64,000 nt of DNA from Octopus vulgaris (GCA_951406725.2 OX597830.1:19220001-19284000), one strand, 5' to 3'. Counted from the first letter of the stretch, positions 40,001 through 52,513 are shown. The notes: generated from the letters alone by a model not told the origin. Numbers and translations: made by a program.

Positions 40001-40819
40001 AACAAAACATTGGTCTTCCGAAAAAGAAAAAACGAAATTCTACCACAACCACTACGACTGCTCCCACTAGCACTACTACTACAACCACCGTGGTCACTAC
40101 CATTACTGCTACGATCAACAGCCCCCTACTACTACCACTGCAGCTACGGCCACAGTGAGAGAATTAAAATATTGGAGGTGGGGGGAATTACAATTTCTCA
40201 GATCCTTAAACAGTCACCCCCGCTGGCAGTGGTATGTCTTAGGGAAGGAAGAATTTATAAAAAGATTTTTTCTCTGCGAGCAGATCTGATTTTGATTCGT
40301 CAAAAAATTGATGACGTTTTTCTTCTGTGGTCAAGCTTGTCGTTCTGCTAGGTTGGTTTCCTAACAGGATACAGTTATGGGTCTTTTCCTTATATTCGTT
40401 GAAGCTGGGTTTTGATTGGTTTGGAATTATATGACGTCAGTGAACAGTGCCAGAGTAGCTGATATAACCCCAACAACCACAATAAAGGTTACCAAAATTA
40501 CGACCAACAGACGACGACCAAGAATCACTTCTGTTGCTCCCATTGGAACACAAGGTAAAATCTATAATGAACTTCTCCACTACACTCGACAAAACAGTAA
40601 GGAACGACTATGGATTTTTTCTATTATACTCTTTATAATATATTTGATAAGGTTCGCCTTTTTAAGAACATGGATTCTATTGAATGTATGTAACAATTAT
40701 GAACTGTTCCATTATACTGTTTATTATAAATTTTTTTTGATAAGGTTCGTTATTTCAAGAACCGAAACATGTAAAATTAAAATTTATCTAATATAGTGGC
40801 GTTTTCAAACTTCTTTTTT

Positions 40820-40822
<3 letters not shown>
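40001..40822 (+). mobile_element. PLE 3' non-coding region / pseudo-LTR
   Basis: Contiguous with the PLE ORF. Contains ATTGG (40415), TGACGTCA (40432-39) and a hammerhead, and ends at a (TA)n tract. Confidence 0.7.
40734..40776 (+). ncRNA. Minimal hammerhead with compensatory U3-A8 core
   Basis: TTT TTGATAA GGTTC-GTTATTTCAA-GAACC GAAAC AT GTA AAA. ACATGT is palindromic. A partial upstream duplicate TTTGATAAGGTTCG..AAGAAC lies at 40643-40669. Confidence 0.75.
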
Positions 40823-40880
<58 letters not shown>

Positions 40881-41444
40881 AATATATACTATGGGATAAT
40901 GCTGGATACCAAACTTCAAGAGAGGCAAGTGTGTAGAATATGAGCCAAGTTGTTGTAATGAAACTACATATTTATACAAGTGAATGGACAAAAGAAAGAA
41001 AAGGATACTCAACAGGTTTAGTAGGAGTTGTTCATCATCATCATCATCATCATCGTTTAACGTCCGTTTTCCATGCTAGCATGGGTTGGACGGTTCGACC
41101 GGGTCTGGGAAGCCATGAGGCTGCACCAGGCTCCAGTCTGATCTGGCAGTGTTTCTACAGCTGGATGCCCTTCTTATGTCAACCACTCCCTGAATGTAGT
41201 GGGTGCTTTTACGTGCCACAGGTGCCATGGAGGCTGGCCACAAGTGGTTGGTGCTTTTTATGTGCCACTGGCATGGAAATGTATTTGAATAAAGTTTCCA
41301 AAATCATGGCATTGAACCCAGATGTAAATATTTTCTTAGACAATTTCTTAGCATTAAAAACAAACCCCTTACTGAAAATATAAACAACAACAAGAATTTG
41401 GAAATCTAAACATTTGAAAAGAAAGAATTATAAAGTTCTATAGT

Positions 41445-42424
41445 TCTCTTTACTCTTTTACTTGTTTCAGTCATTTGACTGCGGCCATGCTGGAGCACCG
41501 CCTTTTTTAGTCGAGCAAATCGATCCCAGGACTTATTCTTTGTAAGCCTAGTACTTATCCTATCGGTCTCATTTGCTGAACCGCTAAGTAACGGGGACGT
41601 AAACACACCAGCATCAGTTGTCAAGCGATGTTGGGGAGACAAACACAGACACACACATATATATACATATATATATATATATATACGACGAGACTTCTTT
41701 CAGTTTCCATCTACCAAATCCACTCAAAAGGTTTTGGTCGGCCTGAGGCTATAGTAGAAGACAATTGCCCAAGGTGCCACGCAGTGGGACTGAACCCGGA
41801 ACTGTGTGGTTGGTAAGCAAGCTACTTATCACACAGCCACTCCTGCGCCTATGTATGTTTTATTGTTATGTATTATTATTTTAAAAAGTTTGATTCAGTT
41901 CCATGCCATTTAAAGTTTCATGGGCCTCTAACAGAAGCTCATCTCTTTCATCTGAAGCCTGAAAGAGATGGGTTTCTGTTAGAAACTTTAAGTTGCTTGG
42001 AGCCAAATCAAACTGTTTTAAATACGACTAGATATATATATTTCATCATGTTAAACTGTTAATCCCAACACATTTTTTCTCTCTCCATTTTTTTTGCCTC
42101 TCAATCCTTTCTGTTGAAGAGCGTAGGCTCAAAATGTCAAAGACCTTTTCATTTTCCCCAACCATTAAAAACTAATACATCTTCTTGTTGTTCTTTCACT
42201 TGTCTTTGTCTTTTATTTTCTGTAAATTTGAACTATATATATTTATAGGTGCAGGAGTGGTTATGTGGTAAGTAGCTTGCTTACCAACCACATGGTTCCG
42301 GGTTCAGCCCCACTGCATGGCACCTTGGGCAAGTGTCTTCTACTATAGCCTCGGGCTGACCAAAGCCTTGTGAGTGTATTTGGGAGATGGAAACTGAAAG
42401 AAACCCGTCATATATATATATATG

Positions 42425-42512
<88 letters not shown>

Positions 42513-42691
42513 TCCCCACCAACATTGCTTGACATCCAATGCTAGTGTGTTTACGTTCCCGTAACTTAGCAGTTCGGCAAAAAGAGTCCGATAGAATAAG
42601 TACTAGGCTTACAAAGAATTTGCAGAACTAAAAGGGGGTGCTCCAGCATGGCTGCAGTCAAATGACTGAAAGAAATAAAAGAATATATGTT

Positions 42692-42734
<43 letters not shown>

Positions 42735-44338
42735 TTGTGTGTGTATAGTAAAGTTCAAATGAAACTCAAGTCTCACCTATTCATCTTGTTCAACCAACAA
42801 AGGGATATTTGCCTACAAATCCTTTGATATATGGAAGAAAGATGTGTCAAAAGAATGGAATGTGTAGGATGGGTTTTACAATTAATAAAACATTTTAAGG
42901 GAAGGAATCTCTATTTCAATAGTGGGTAGGCAGTAAGCTAAACATTGGTGAAAGGTCAAGAGACAGATGAAAAAGATGGGTCAGAGTAAGGACTGCTGAA
43001 AAGAAATGGAGAAAGTGGGGGAAAGAATGATAATGTTCAAGTCAAACTGTAAACTATAGCTTTGTATCTTAAATGGACCTATTCTTTCTATAATTTTCTT
43101 CTTCTAAAAAAGAAAAAAAAAAGGCTAAAATGTCATGGGGTCCATCTGAAGAAAGTACTCTTTTACTTGTTTCGGTCATTTGACTGTGGCCATGCTGGAG
43201 CACCACCTTTAGGCGAGCAAATCGACCCCAGGGTTTATTCTTTGGAAGCCTAGGACTTATTCTATCAGACTCTTTTGCCGAACTGCTAAGTTATGGGGAC
43301 ATAAACACACCACCATCATTTGTCAAGTGAAGTTGTGCGTGTGTGGGTGGGTGGGTTGGGGGCAAACACAGATGCACAAACATATACACACACATACATA
43401 TATATATATATACATATATACAACGGGCTTCTTTCAGTTTCTGTCTACTAAATCCACTCACAAGGCTTTGGTCGGCCTGAAGCTATAGTAGAAGACACTT
43501 GCCCAAGGTTCCACACAGTGGGACAGAACCCGGAACCATGTGGTTGGTAAGCAAGCTACTTACTACACAGCCACTTCAATGCCCAAAGTACCTAACTTTC
43601 TGAATAAGTGTATGTATATGTTTGTGAATGTCATCACCATCCATCATCATCATTGTTTTAATGTACACTTTTCAAAGTTTGCATGAGTCAGATGGAACTT
43701 GTTGAAGTAGATTTTTGTACAGTTGGATACCCTTTCCGTTGGCAATGCTTGCTTGTTAATAATTTCCTGTAGTTAGGCATATTTTCATCGAAGATTAGAA
43801 ATGGAAGACATTGCTTCTATGATGATGATATTTGTTGACAACTATATTGTGATGTCTAGGTGCAGGAGTGCGTGTGTGGTAAGTAGCTTGCTTACCAACC
43901 ACATGGTTCCGGGTTCAGTCGCACTGTGTGGCACCTTGAGCAAGTGTCTTCTACTATAGCGTCGGGCTGACCAAAGCCTTGTGAGTGGATTTGGGTGACA
44001 GAAACTGAAAGAAATAATAATAATTTATTTAATTTGATTTTCGCGGGAAGGAAAGTTTTATTGAAGTCATGTATTGCCTTGACCTTCGAAACGTGGAGTA
44101 GATGAAACTAAGGCGACTGAAGAAGGGGAATTTTCCTTGTTTTGTATGTCCTGTACTCTATTTTTTCGTTGTTTAAAAGAAATGTCCATTTCCTTGGTTT
44201 TGTGTTTATGTTTTCGTTTCTCATTGTGTTCGACGTTTTTTGGAGTCCTGTACCCATATATGCATGTATATATACATGTAGAGGTAGGTACGTACATATA
44301 TGTATGTATATATGCATATGTTTTATTTATTAATTTAT

Positions 44339-44397
<59 letters not shown>

Positions 44398-45093
44398 ATG
44401 TGTCTGTTTGTCCCCCCCAACATCACTTGACAACTAATGCTGGTATGTTTACGACCCCGTAGCTTAGTGGTTCGGCAAAAGAGACTGATAGAATAAGCAC
44501 TACGGCTTACAAAGAATAAGTCCTGGGGTTGATTTGCTTGACTAAAGGCAGTGCTCCAGCATGGCGCAATCATATGACTGAAACAAGTAAAAGAGTAAAG
44601 GAGTAAGAATAAATATGTACATACATATATATATACACACACACACACATATATATATATATGTACGTGTGTGTGTGTGTTTGTGTGTGTGTTTATCCTC
44701 CACCACCTCTTGACAACTGGTATTGGTGTATTTACATCTCTGTACCTTAGCAGTTTCACAAAAAGAGATTGAGAGAATAAGTATAAGGCTTAATTAAAAA
44801 ATTAGTACTGGGGTCAACTCATTCGACTAAAAATTCTCCAAGGTGGTGCCCCAGCATGGCCGCAGTCTCACAACTGAAACAATTAAAAGATAAAAAAAAT
44901 ATAAGAAATATCATGAGGAATTGTATTAAAAAAATTGCTGAAATATTTTGTGTACTGTAAGAATATAATTGATTAATGATACATAAATTTTAACAGCAAA
45001 TTCTTATATAGACCTCTAAGGGTCATGTTGACCTCTAAGGGTCATGTGGACTTCTTTGTGTCATGTGGACATCTAAGGGTCATATTTGTGTAT

Positions 45094-45140
<47 letters not shown>

Positions 45141-45234
45141 TATGTGAGTGCCAAGGAACAAAAAGAGCAAAGGAAGTTGGCCGACCAAAGCCTTGTGAGT
45201 GGATTTGGTAGACGGAAACTGAAAGAAGCCTGTC

Positions 45235-45310
<76 letters not shown>

Positions 45311-45535
45311 GTGTATATGTTTGTGTGTCTGTGTTTGTCCCTCCAACATTGCTTGACATCCGGTGCTGGTGTGTTTACGTCTCCGTAACTTAGTGGTTCA
45401 GCTAAAGAGATCGATAGAATAAGCACTAGGCTTACAATGAATAAGTCCTGGGGTCGATTTGCTTGACTAAAAGGCAGTGCTCCAGCATGGCCGCAGTCAA
45501 ATGACTGAAACAAGTAAAAGAGTAAAAGAGAGTAA
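41445..45535. mobile_element. Cluster of SINE family A copies in alternating orientation
   Basis: 41445-41851(-), 42247-42683(+), 43157-43575(-), 43857-44605(+, interrupted), 44700-44890(+, old) and 45180-45535(+). Confidence 0.9.
41880..42022. repeat. Fold-back hairpin with a 23 bp apical stem
   Basis: CTAACAGAAGCTCATCTCTTTCA (41928-50) pairs with TGAAAGAGATGGGTTTCTGTTAG (41960-82) around a 9 nt loop, with imperfect basal extension. Confidence 0.85.
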
Positions 45536-45863
45536 ATAAATAAACAAATATAATAAATAAATAAATAAATAAATTAATATAATAATTATGAATATGACTT
45601 GTAAGGCAGAGACAAAACAATAAAAATACTGAACACAGGCAAAATGGTAGATGTGAAAAAAAAAAAAAGAAGCAGTTACAAAATCAAAAAAAGAAATATG
45701 TAAATGAAGACAGGTAAAATAAAAAAAATAATAAAAAGAAGAAAAAAAACAGAAACAAAAAATAAAAGAAGAACAAAAGAGGAGGGGGGAGCAAAAAAGG
45801 AGCCGATTGTTGTCTTGAGAACAGGTTTATGTGTAACTCAGTCTCTCTCACACATACACAAAA

Positions 45864-45916
<53 letters not shown>

Positions 45917-46001
45917 TCACAACAGAGAAAAAGAGTGAGTGAGAGGTAGGCTTTGTCTGATTTTAAATATCAGACTGACAGCATATTTTACCTGTGTGTA
46001 G

Positions 46002-46057
46002 TTGGATATTATTTTGATGTTGAACGGATATTTTCTGTGTCCTCTGTAGAAAGACAG
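46002..46057 (+). other. Candidate 56 nt exon of an unidentified host transcript
   Basis: CTGAC branch-like motif at 45975, TTTACCTGTGTGTAG acceptor and CAG|GTAAGT donor. Open frame GYYFDVERIFSVSSVERQ in non-repeat sequence. Product not recognised. Confidence 0.35.
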
Positions 46058-46086
46058 GTAAGTAAAGATATCCTTTTGGTTGGGAT

Positions 46087-46122
46087 GGTGGTGTTCATAG
46101 GGTTATGATACCCGGATGCTAT

Positions 46123-46158
<36 letters not shown>

Positions 46159-46333
46159 TGTACATTCATGCAATATGTATGTATGCGTATGTCTATCCTT
46201 CTGTCTCTCAATATGTTCATACTGTTGCATGTTAGGCATGTATGTATATATATCTTTATTTATATATATATATATTTATATGTATGTATATAACGTATAT
46301 ATATATATATATATATTTATATGTATGTATATA

Positions 46334-46382
<49 letters not shown>

Positions 46383-46646
46383 TAAGATATCCACACACAA
46401 TCACACACATGCACACACAGACACACACACATAAACAGCAGCACACATACATGCATACATGCATACAGACAAACTATTACACACACATGTGTAGAAATAA
46501 AAATGGAGCTTCTACATGGTCACTTAATGTGTTAAAAAAAACAGCCAAACCTCCCTCTAACGTAGTCCTAGATACGCTATTCCTGAGAGCAACTCTTTCA
46601 ATTACAGATCTGGTGGTGTTCATAGGGTTATGATACCCAGATGCTA

Positions 46647-46697
<51 letters not shown>

Positions 46698-46824
46698 CAC
46701 ACACTTGTACATTTATGCAATATGTATGTATGTGTATGTCTATCCTTCTATCTCTCAATATGTTCATACTGTTGCATGTTAGGCATGTATGTATACATAT
46801 TTCATATACATACATATATATATG

Positions 46825-46866
<42 letters not shown>

Positions 46867-47047
46867 CTCACACACACTCACACACATAAACAGCAACACA
46901 AATACATGCATACATGCATACTGACAAACTATTACACACACATGTGTAGAAATAAAAATGGAGCTTCTACATGGTCACTTAATGTGTTAAAAAAAGCAGC
47001 CAAACCTCCCTCTAATGTAGTCCTAGATATGTTATTCGTGAGACCAA
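46087..47047. repeat. Tandem direct duplication (46087-46593 and 46611-47047)
   Basis: Both copies start TGGTGGTGTTCATAGGGTTATGATACC and end CCTCCCTCTAA(C/T)GTAGTCCTAGATA. Microsatellite lengths differ. Confidence 0.9.
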
Positions 47048-47299
47048 ATCTAATCAATCAGTACTGACCTAGGGTTGTACAATAACAGATACGCTCAGAC
47101 ATAGGAGTAGATGTACCCTGAACAAAAGTACCCTAGGACAGTGTTCTGCATGTTAAATACTTTTTACAGCTGTGTCTCACACAAGTGTAAAATAAAGAGT
47201 AAGAAAAACTTTGAATAAGTAAGATAATCACTCACTTTTTCTCTCTACCTAATGTCAAAGATATGTAGTACGTTTCTGTTATAATCTGAGTCCAGACTA

Positions 47300-48078
47300 A
47301 AAATTTTCTTAATTGGATAAAAAAATCCCAGCCCAGGTTCAAACTGAGGTAGACACCTGCTTTGGAAAATCTGTTTTTTACTGATTTTATTTTTATGAAA
47401 ATTTCTCTAATTGAAAAAAATTCATTCCATGTTTAAATTGAGGCAGAAAACTTCAATGCAAGATCAGTTTCTTGTTTATGAAAATTTTTCAAATTGATTA
47501 AAAAAACCCAGGTTTTCAAACTGAAGTAAAGACCTGCTATAAAAGATTTACAGATCTGTTCATTTAAAAGAATTTTCAATGAAATTTTCCTTTATTTATA
47601 AAAATTCATCCTATGTTTAACTCAAGGCAAAGATCTGCTATATAAGATAATGTTTTTGATTATGAAAATTTTCCTAACTGGAAGAAATTCAGTCCAGGTT
47701 TATATTGAGACAGAGAAGTGTTAGGAAAGATTCATAATCTTTTTTAAAGAAAATTATCCTAATTGGATAAATAAACTGGTCTGTGATAAAAAAAAAAAAA
47801 TTATGGCAGGGATTGCTATGCAAGATTCAGTTTTTTTTTGTTTATGAAAATTTTTCTTGTTGGAAACCGCACCCCAGCCCAGGTTCAAAGTGTGGCAAAA
47901 ACTGCTACACAAGATTAGGCTTTTGCTTATGATAATATTTTTAATTGATAAAAAATTCCATCCTGGTTAAAATTGAGGTAGAGACTGGCTATGAAAAGTC
48001 CAGTTTTTGTTTATGAAAATTTTCCTAATGAGGGATAAACCCAGTTTGGGTTCAAACCGAGGCAGGGACCTGCTACAG
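47300..48078. repeat. Diverged minisatellite, ~9 units of ~83-100 bp
   Basis: Recurring TTTATGAAAATTTTCCTAATTG and CCAGGTTCAAACTGAGG.AGA.ACCTGCTA; unit starts near 47301, 47398, 47481, 47582, 47665, 47750, 47847, 47933 and 48016. Confidence 0.85.
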
Positions 48079-48292
48079 ATACTCTTAGTTTGTTTTTCAA
48101 TTCAGTATATTATATACATGTAATAGTACTGTATATGAGCCTATAGACTAACATAGTCATGTTAACACTAATTCATGCATAAATACCTATGAAGATAGAT
48201 ACCCATACACATACAGACATAAACACACATACATAGATACTTTGACACACACAAACACACACAGATATTTACACACATATACATACATATGT

Positions 48293-48600
48293 GTGGAGGC
48301 GCAGTGGCCCAGTGGTTAGGGCAGCAGACTCGCGGTCGTAGGATCGCGGTTTTGATTCCCAGACCGGGCGTTGTGAGTGTTTATTGAGTGAAAACACCTA
48401 AAGCTCCACAAGGCTCCGGCAGGGGGTGGTGGCGATCCCTGCTGTACTCTTTCGCCACAACTTTCCCTCACTCTTTCTTCTGTTGGCCTGCTTGCTTAGC
48501 CAGCGGAGTGGCATCATTTGAAGGCCAAAACAATGCGAAGCACATTGTGACCAGCAATGTGTAGCAACATCTGATAGCCTGGTCGGTCACGGTGATCACA
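48293..48600 (+). mobile_element. tRNA-Arg-like SINE family C, full length
   Basis: GGCGCAGTGGCCCAGTGGTTAGGGC (A box), GACTCGCGGTC anticodon-arm-like segment and GGTTTTGATTCCC (B box), followed by a ~230 bp body. Confidence 0.8.
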
Positions 48601-48794
48601 TACATATGTACATATATACAAACATATTCAATTTCAGGAAATTCCATTAGCACACATGGATTCTTAGTCCTGCTAGGGACTTACAATCCTCCACACTAAT
48701 GTGGCCATAGCAGGTACCTCTTGCTTACTGCTTCCAAAGCTGACATATGCCTTAGAGTGACTGGCAATATGCAACATGTATCCAGTACAAACTT

Positions 48795-49378
48795 ATTTTC
48801 TTTATTACCCACAAGGGGCTAAATACAGAGAGGACAAACAAGGACAGACAAATGGATTAAGTCAATTATATCGACCCCAGTGTGTAACTGGTACTTAATT
48901 TATTGATCCCAAAAGGATGAAAGGCAAAGTCGACCTCGGCGGAATTTAAACTCAGAACATAGCGGCAGACGAAATACCTATTTCTTTACTACCCACAAGG
49001 GGCTAAATACAGAGAGGACAAACAAGGACAGACAAACGGATTGAGTCGATTATATCGACCCCAGTGCGTAACTGGTACTTAATTTATCGATCCCAAAAGG
49101 ATGAAAGGCAAAGTTGACCTTGGCAGAATTTGAACTCAGAAAGTAGCAGCAGAAGAAATGCCGATTTCTTTACTACGCACAGAGAGGACAAACAAGGACA
49201 GACAAACAGATTAAGTCGATTATATCGACCCCAGTGCGTAACTGGTACTTAATTTATCGACCCCGAAAGGATGAAAGGCAAAGTCGACCGTGGCAGAATT
49301 TGAACTCAGAACACAGCGGCAGACGAAATACCACTAAGCATTTCGCCCAGTGTGCTAACGGTTCTGCCAGCTCACCAC
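48795..49378 (-). mobile_element. SINE family B trimer (one head plus three body units)
   Basis: Units start TATTT(T)CTTTA at ~48795, 48979 and 49164. The head CTGCCAGCTCACCACCT occurs only once, at ~49364-49380. Confidence 0.9.
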
Positions 49379-49541
49379 CTTTATTGCATCCAGTACAATC
49401 TGTCACATGATGAAGCCATCAGTGACTAAACAAGCAACCACTGCCAAACCTGCTTGGAAGGAAAGGAGAGTGGTTATTGTTGGATGCTCTGTAGGACACA
49501 CGGACACACACACACACACACACATACACACACACGCAATA

Positions 49542-49848
49542 GGTACTATTTAAGAAGAGTGGTTCTAGTGCGCGCACTCGCATACTCGCACATCTGCGCT
49601 AGCTAGTCGTGACTAGTCGATCCTACAATGACTACCTATCCTATTAAAAAAACCCTATTTGTTTAAAAAAAAAACCTAAGTTATGATGGCGGTACCAAAC
49701 ATTTATCTAATAACTTCTAATAACTTTCAACCGAATTTGTATGAAAATTTGTTATAGGATAGGTAGTCGTTGTAGGATCGACTAGTCACGACTAGCTAGC
49801 ATGGATACGCAAGTGCGCGCACCGGGACCACTCTTCTTAAATAGTACC
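49542..49848. mobile_element. MITE with ~95 bp terminal inverted repeats
   Basis: GGTACTATTTAAGAAGAGTGG...GCTAGCTAGTCGTGACTAGTCGATCCTACAA..ACTACCTATCCTAT recurs as its reverse complement. CpG-rich. Superfamily not determined. Confidence 0.85.
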
Positions 49849-50091
49849 CACACAAGATATCCCTCACTTCTAAAACAGGTAAAGGTTATTAATGACCTGT
49901 AGGAACACTGCATTTCATTATTCAAAGTATATTAAACGTTTTGTTGTGAGTCAATACTGTGTTTTTACTGTAAAGGCTAAGTGACAAGAGAGGCATCTAG
50001 CCTGTAAAACAATACCTCAGATATGTATTTACTAGCATGGAAAACAGGTGTACGAACATGTGAACGAATGAACAAAGATACCGAGATAAAT

Positions 50092-50124
<33 letters not shown>

Positions 50125-51116
50125 GTTTAACGTCCGTTTTCCATGCTAGCACGGGTTGGGTGGTTCGACCGGAGTCTGGGAAGCCAGGAGGCTGCACCAG
50201 GCTCCAATCTCGATCTGGCAGTGTTTCTACAGCTGGATGCCCTTCCTAACACCAACCACTCCGTGAGTGTAGCGGGTGCTTTTTACGTGCCAGGGTAGGC
50301 TGGCAATGGCCACGAACGGTTGGTGCTTTTTACGTGCCACCGGCACATACACACAATAAATACCAGCTCATACACAGAGGCTTATGAAGATGAATTTTCC
50401 AGTTGTTTGATCAACAAATCTATCCTCGTCCTCCTCGTCCTCTTCCCCCCACTCCATTTCACCACTCTTTGGAATATAGGCCACCATCAACCATATCTGA
50501 CTTTCCTAAGTTCATCTGTCTCTGAGCAATCCTTTACTAACAGCTTCCAGTTGTGTTTTTGTTTTTTCACCTTAGAATACTGGAATAAGTAGATGTGCGT
50601 CAAAAGGACGCAGCTTCAGATATAACCCATCTACATTATATACACACACACACTCATAATGAACAGTGAGAATGAATGCTCAACACTGTAATAGTGGATA
50701 AATGTTCTTTATTTATGGCTTTACAAGACAACCGATTCACAATTGTTCAGGCATCCCCACATGGAAGTCCACATGTATCCTCATGGAAAATTGAGACAAG
50801 TACCAACACTTCTATGTGACACGCTTGAACAATTGTGAAGATTGCTTCACGTGAAACCATTGGTTGCCTTGTTAACCCACAAATAGTGTGTGTGTGTGTG
50901 TGTGTGTGCGTGTGTGTGTGTGTGTAACTTTGTCTGATGATAAAACATAGTTACTTTTGTGAATTCTTTGCATGCTTCACTTATGATTTTATTTTGTGAC
51001 TTTTTGCCAAGCCATACTTTACTGGTCAATCTGTATTGGTAAAAGTCTACTTTTACTGTTGGCTGTTGTTTTAATTCTTTTGGTGTATATTCTTTTTCTA
51101 ACAGGGATAAAAAAAT

Positions 51117-51490
51117 ATACAGGGTGTGGTGAATAAATTGTTATCTAATTTACGCAAAAAATGAAAATAACACTGACATCTCATTTTAACATATATTAAC
51201 GAAAATTACATAAAAATATCTTGAGATACTAAAGAGTAAATCTATTCAATAAAATTGCCATTGGCCTCAACCACAGCCTCCAGACGACTTCAGAGTCTCC
51301 TGCAACACTTCTGGACAGTCTCCTTGTTTAAATTGGTGAATGCTGCCATAATTCTTGCCTTCAGTTCATCTTTGGTGTTACAAGAAGTTTTGTTAGTCTC
51401 TCGCTCAACTGTGCCCCACACAATAATCAAGAGAATTGCAGTCTGGGACGTTTGGTGGCCGGATGTTAGGGGTGACATTGTTCAGAAATT
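51117..51490 (-). mobile_element. maT/Tc1-like transposase 3' relic with TIR
   Basis: Frameshifted (W)PPNVPDCNSLDY..VWGTVERETNK...KDELKARIMAAF, and a TA+CAGGGTGT terminus at 51118. Confidence 0.75.
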
Positions 51491-52469
51491 GTCTGACAGT
51501 GTGTGTATATGTTTGTGTGTCTGTGTTTGTCCCCCCCAACATTGCTTGACAACTGATGCCGGTGTGTTTATGTTTCCGTAACTTAGTGGTTCAGCAAAAG
51601 AACCGATAGAATAAGTACTAGGCTTACAAAGAATAAGTCCTGGGATCGATTTGCTCGACTAAAGGCGGTGCTCCAGTATGGCCACAGTCAAATGACTGAA
51701 ACAAGTAAAAGAGAGTAAAGAGTATACATACATATATACATAGATGGTTGTATGTGAGTGTGTGTCTGTGTGTCTTTGTGTTTGTTTCTCTCCTTGTTCT
51801 GCATAACAAGTGAGGCAATTTTTTTTACTAAACCCTTCAAGGCAGTGTCCAAGTAAGGCTGTTGTCCAATGACTGGAGCAAGTAACAAGTTAAAAAATAC
51901 AAGATCCATCGATATAATTGCATTCTCTTTATTAGTGTCTTTAATTGCCAATCCATTATAATTTTTCAAACCAGTTATGCTGATGCTGATAGCATGTAAA
52001 AAGCATCCAGTCAACCTGTGTACTCTGTAAAGTGGCTGGCATTAGGAAGAGCATCAAGCTGTGGAAACCAAACCAAAACAGAGAATGAAAGCTGGTATGG
52101 CCCCTGGCCTTGCAAGCTCCTGTCAAGCCGTCCAACCCATGCCAGGATGGAAAATGTAATTCAAATGATGATGATGATGATGGTGATGATGGTGATGATG
52201 ATTCAGTCGTTTTGAAGTTTGACTTCATCTATCTTTATCAGTTTCATCTCGAGAGCTGCGGCCATGCTGGGGCACTGCCATTAATTCTTTGTTTTTGTAT
52301 GGTATTATATGATAAATTCAAAATAAGGTAACAACAAGAATCAAACATTTTATCCCTATCCACTGATGAAAAATAGTTGCTTTTGTTTCTAACAAACTAG
52401 TAATCATTATTTACAGTATTTACAATATTTACATTTGACGGATATTTGTCCTCATCTTGTTTGTTGTTA

Positions 52470-52513
52470 ACACAACGTTTCGGCTGATATACCCTCCAGC
52501 CTTCATCAGGTGT
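52470..52513 (-). ncRNA. Intact minimal type I hammerhead ribozyme
   Basis: Minus strand: ACAC CTGATGA A GGCTG-GAGGGTATAT-CAGCC GAAA CG TT GTGT. All core bases are canonical and AACGTT is palindromic. Confidence 0.85.

Noticed and set aside
44080-44135. Type II hammerhead (GAAACG...CTGAAGA)
   Set aside because: Stem I cannot be formed and the cleavage triplet does not fit.
47300-48078. CRISPR-like repeat-spacer array
   Set aside because: Eukaryotic context with no cas genes; the repeats are degenerate and the 'spacers' are homologous to each other.
48293-48370. tRNA-Arg gene
   Set aside because: The T-arm is degenerate, there is no oligo-T terminator, and the sequence continues into a SINE body; a second head occurs at 5640-5735.
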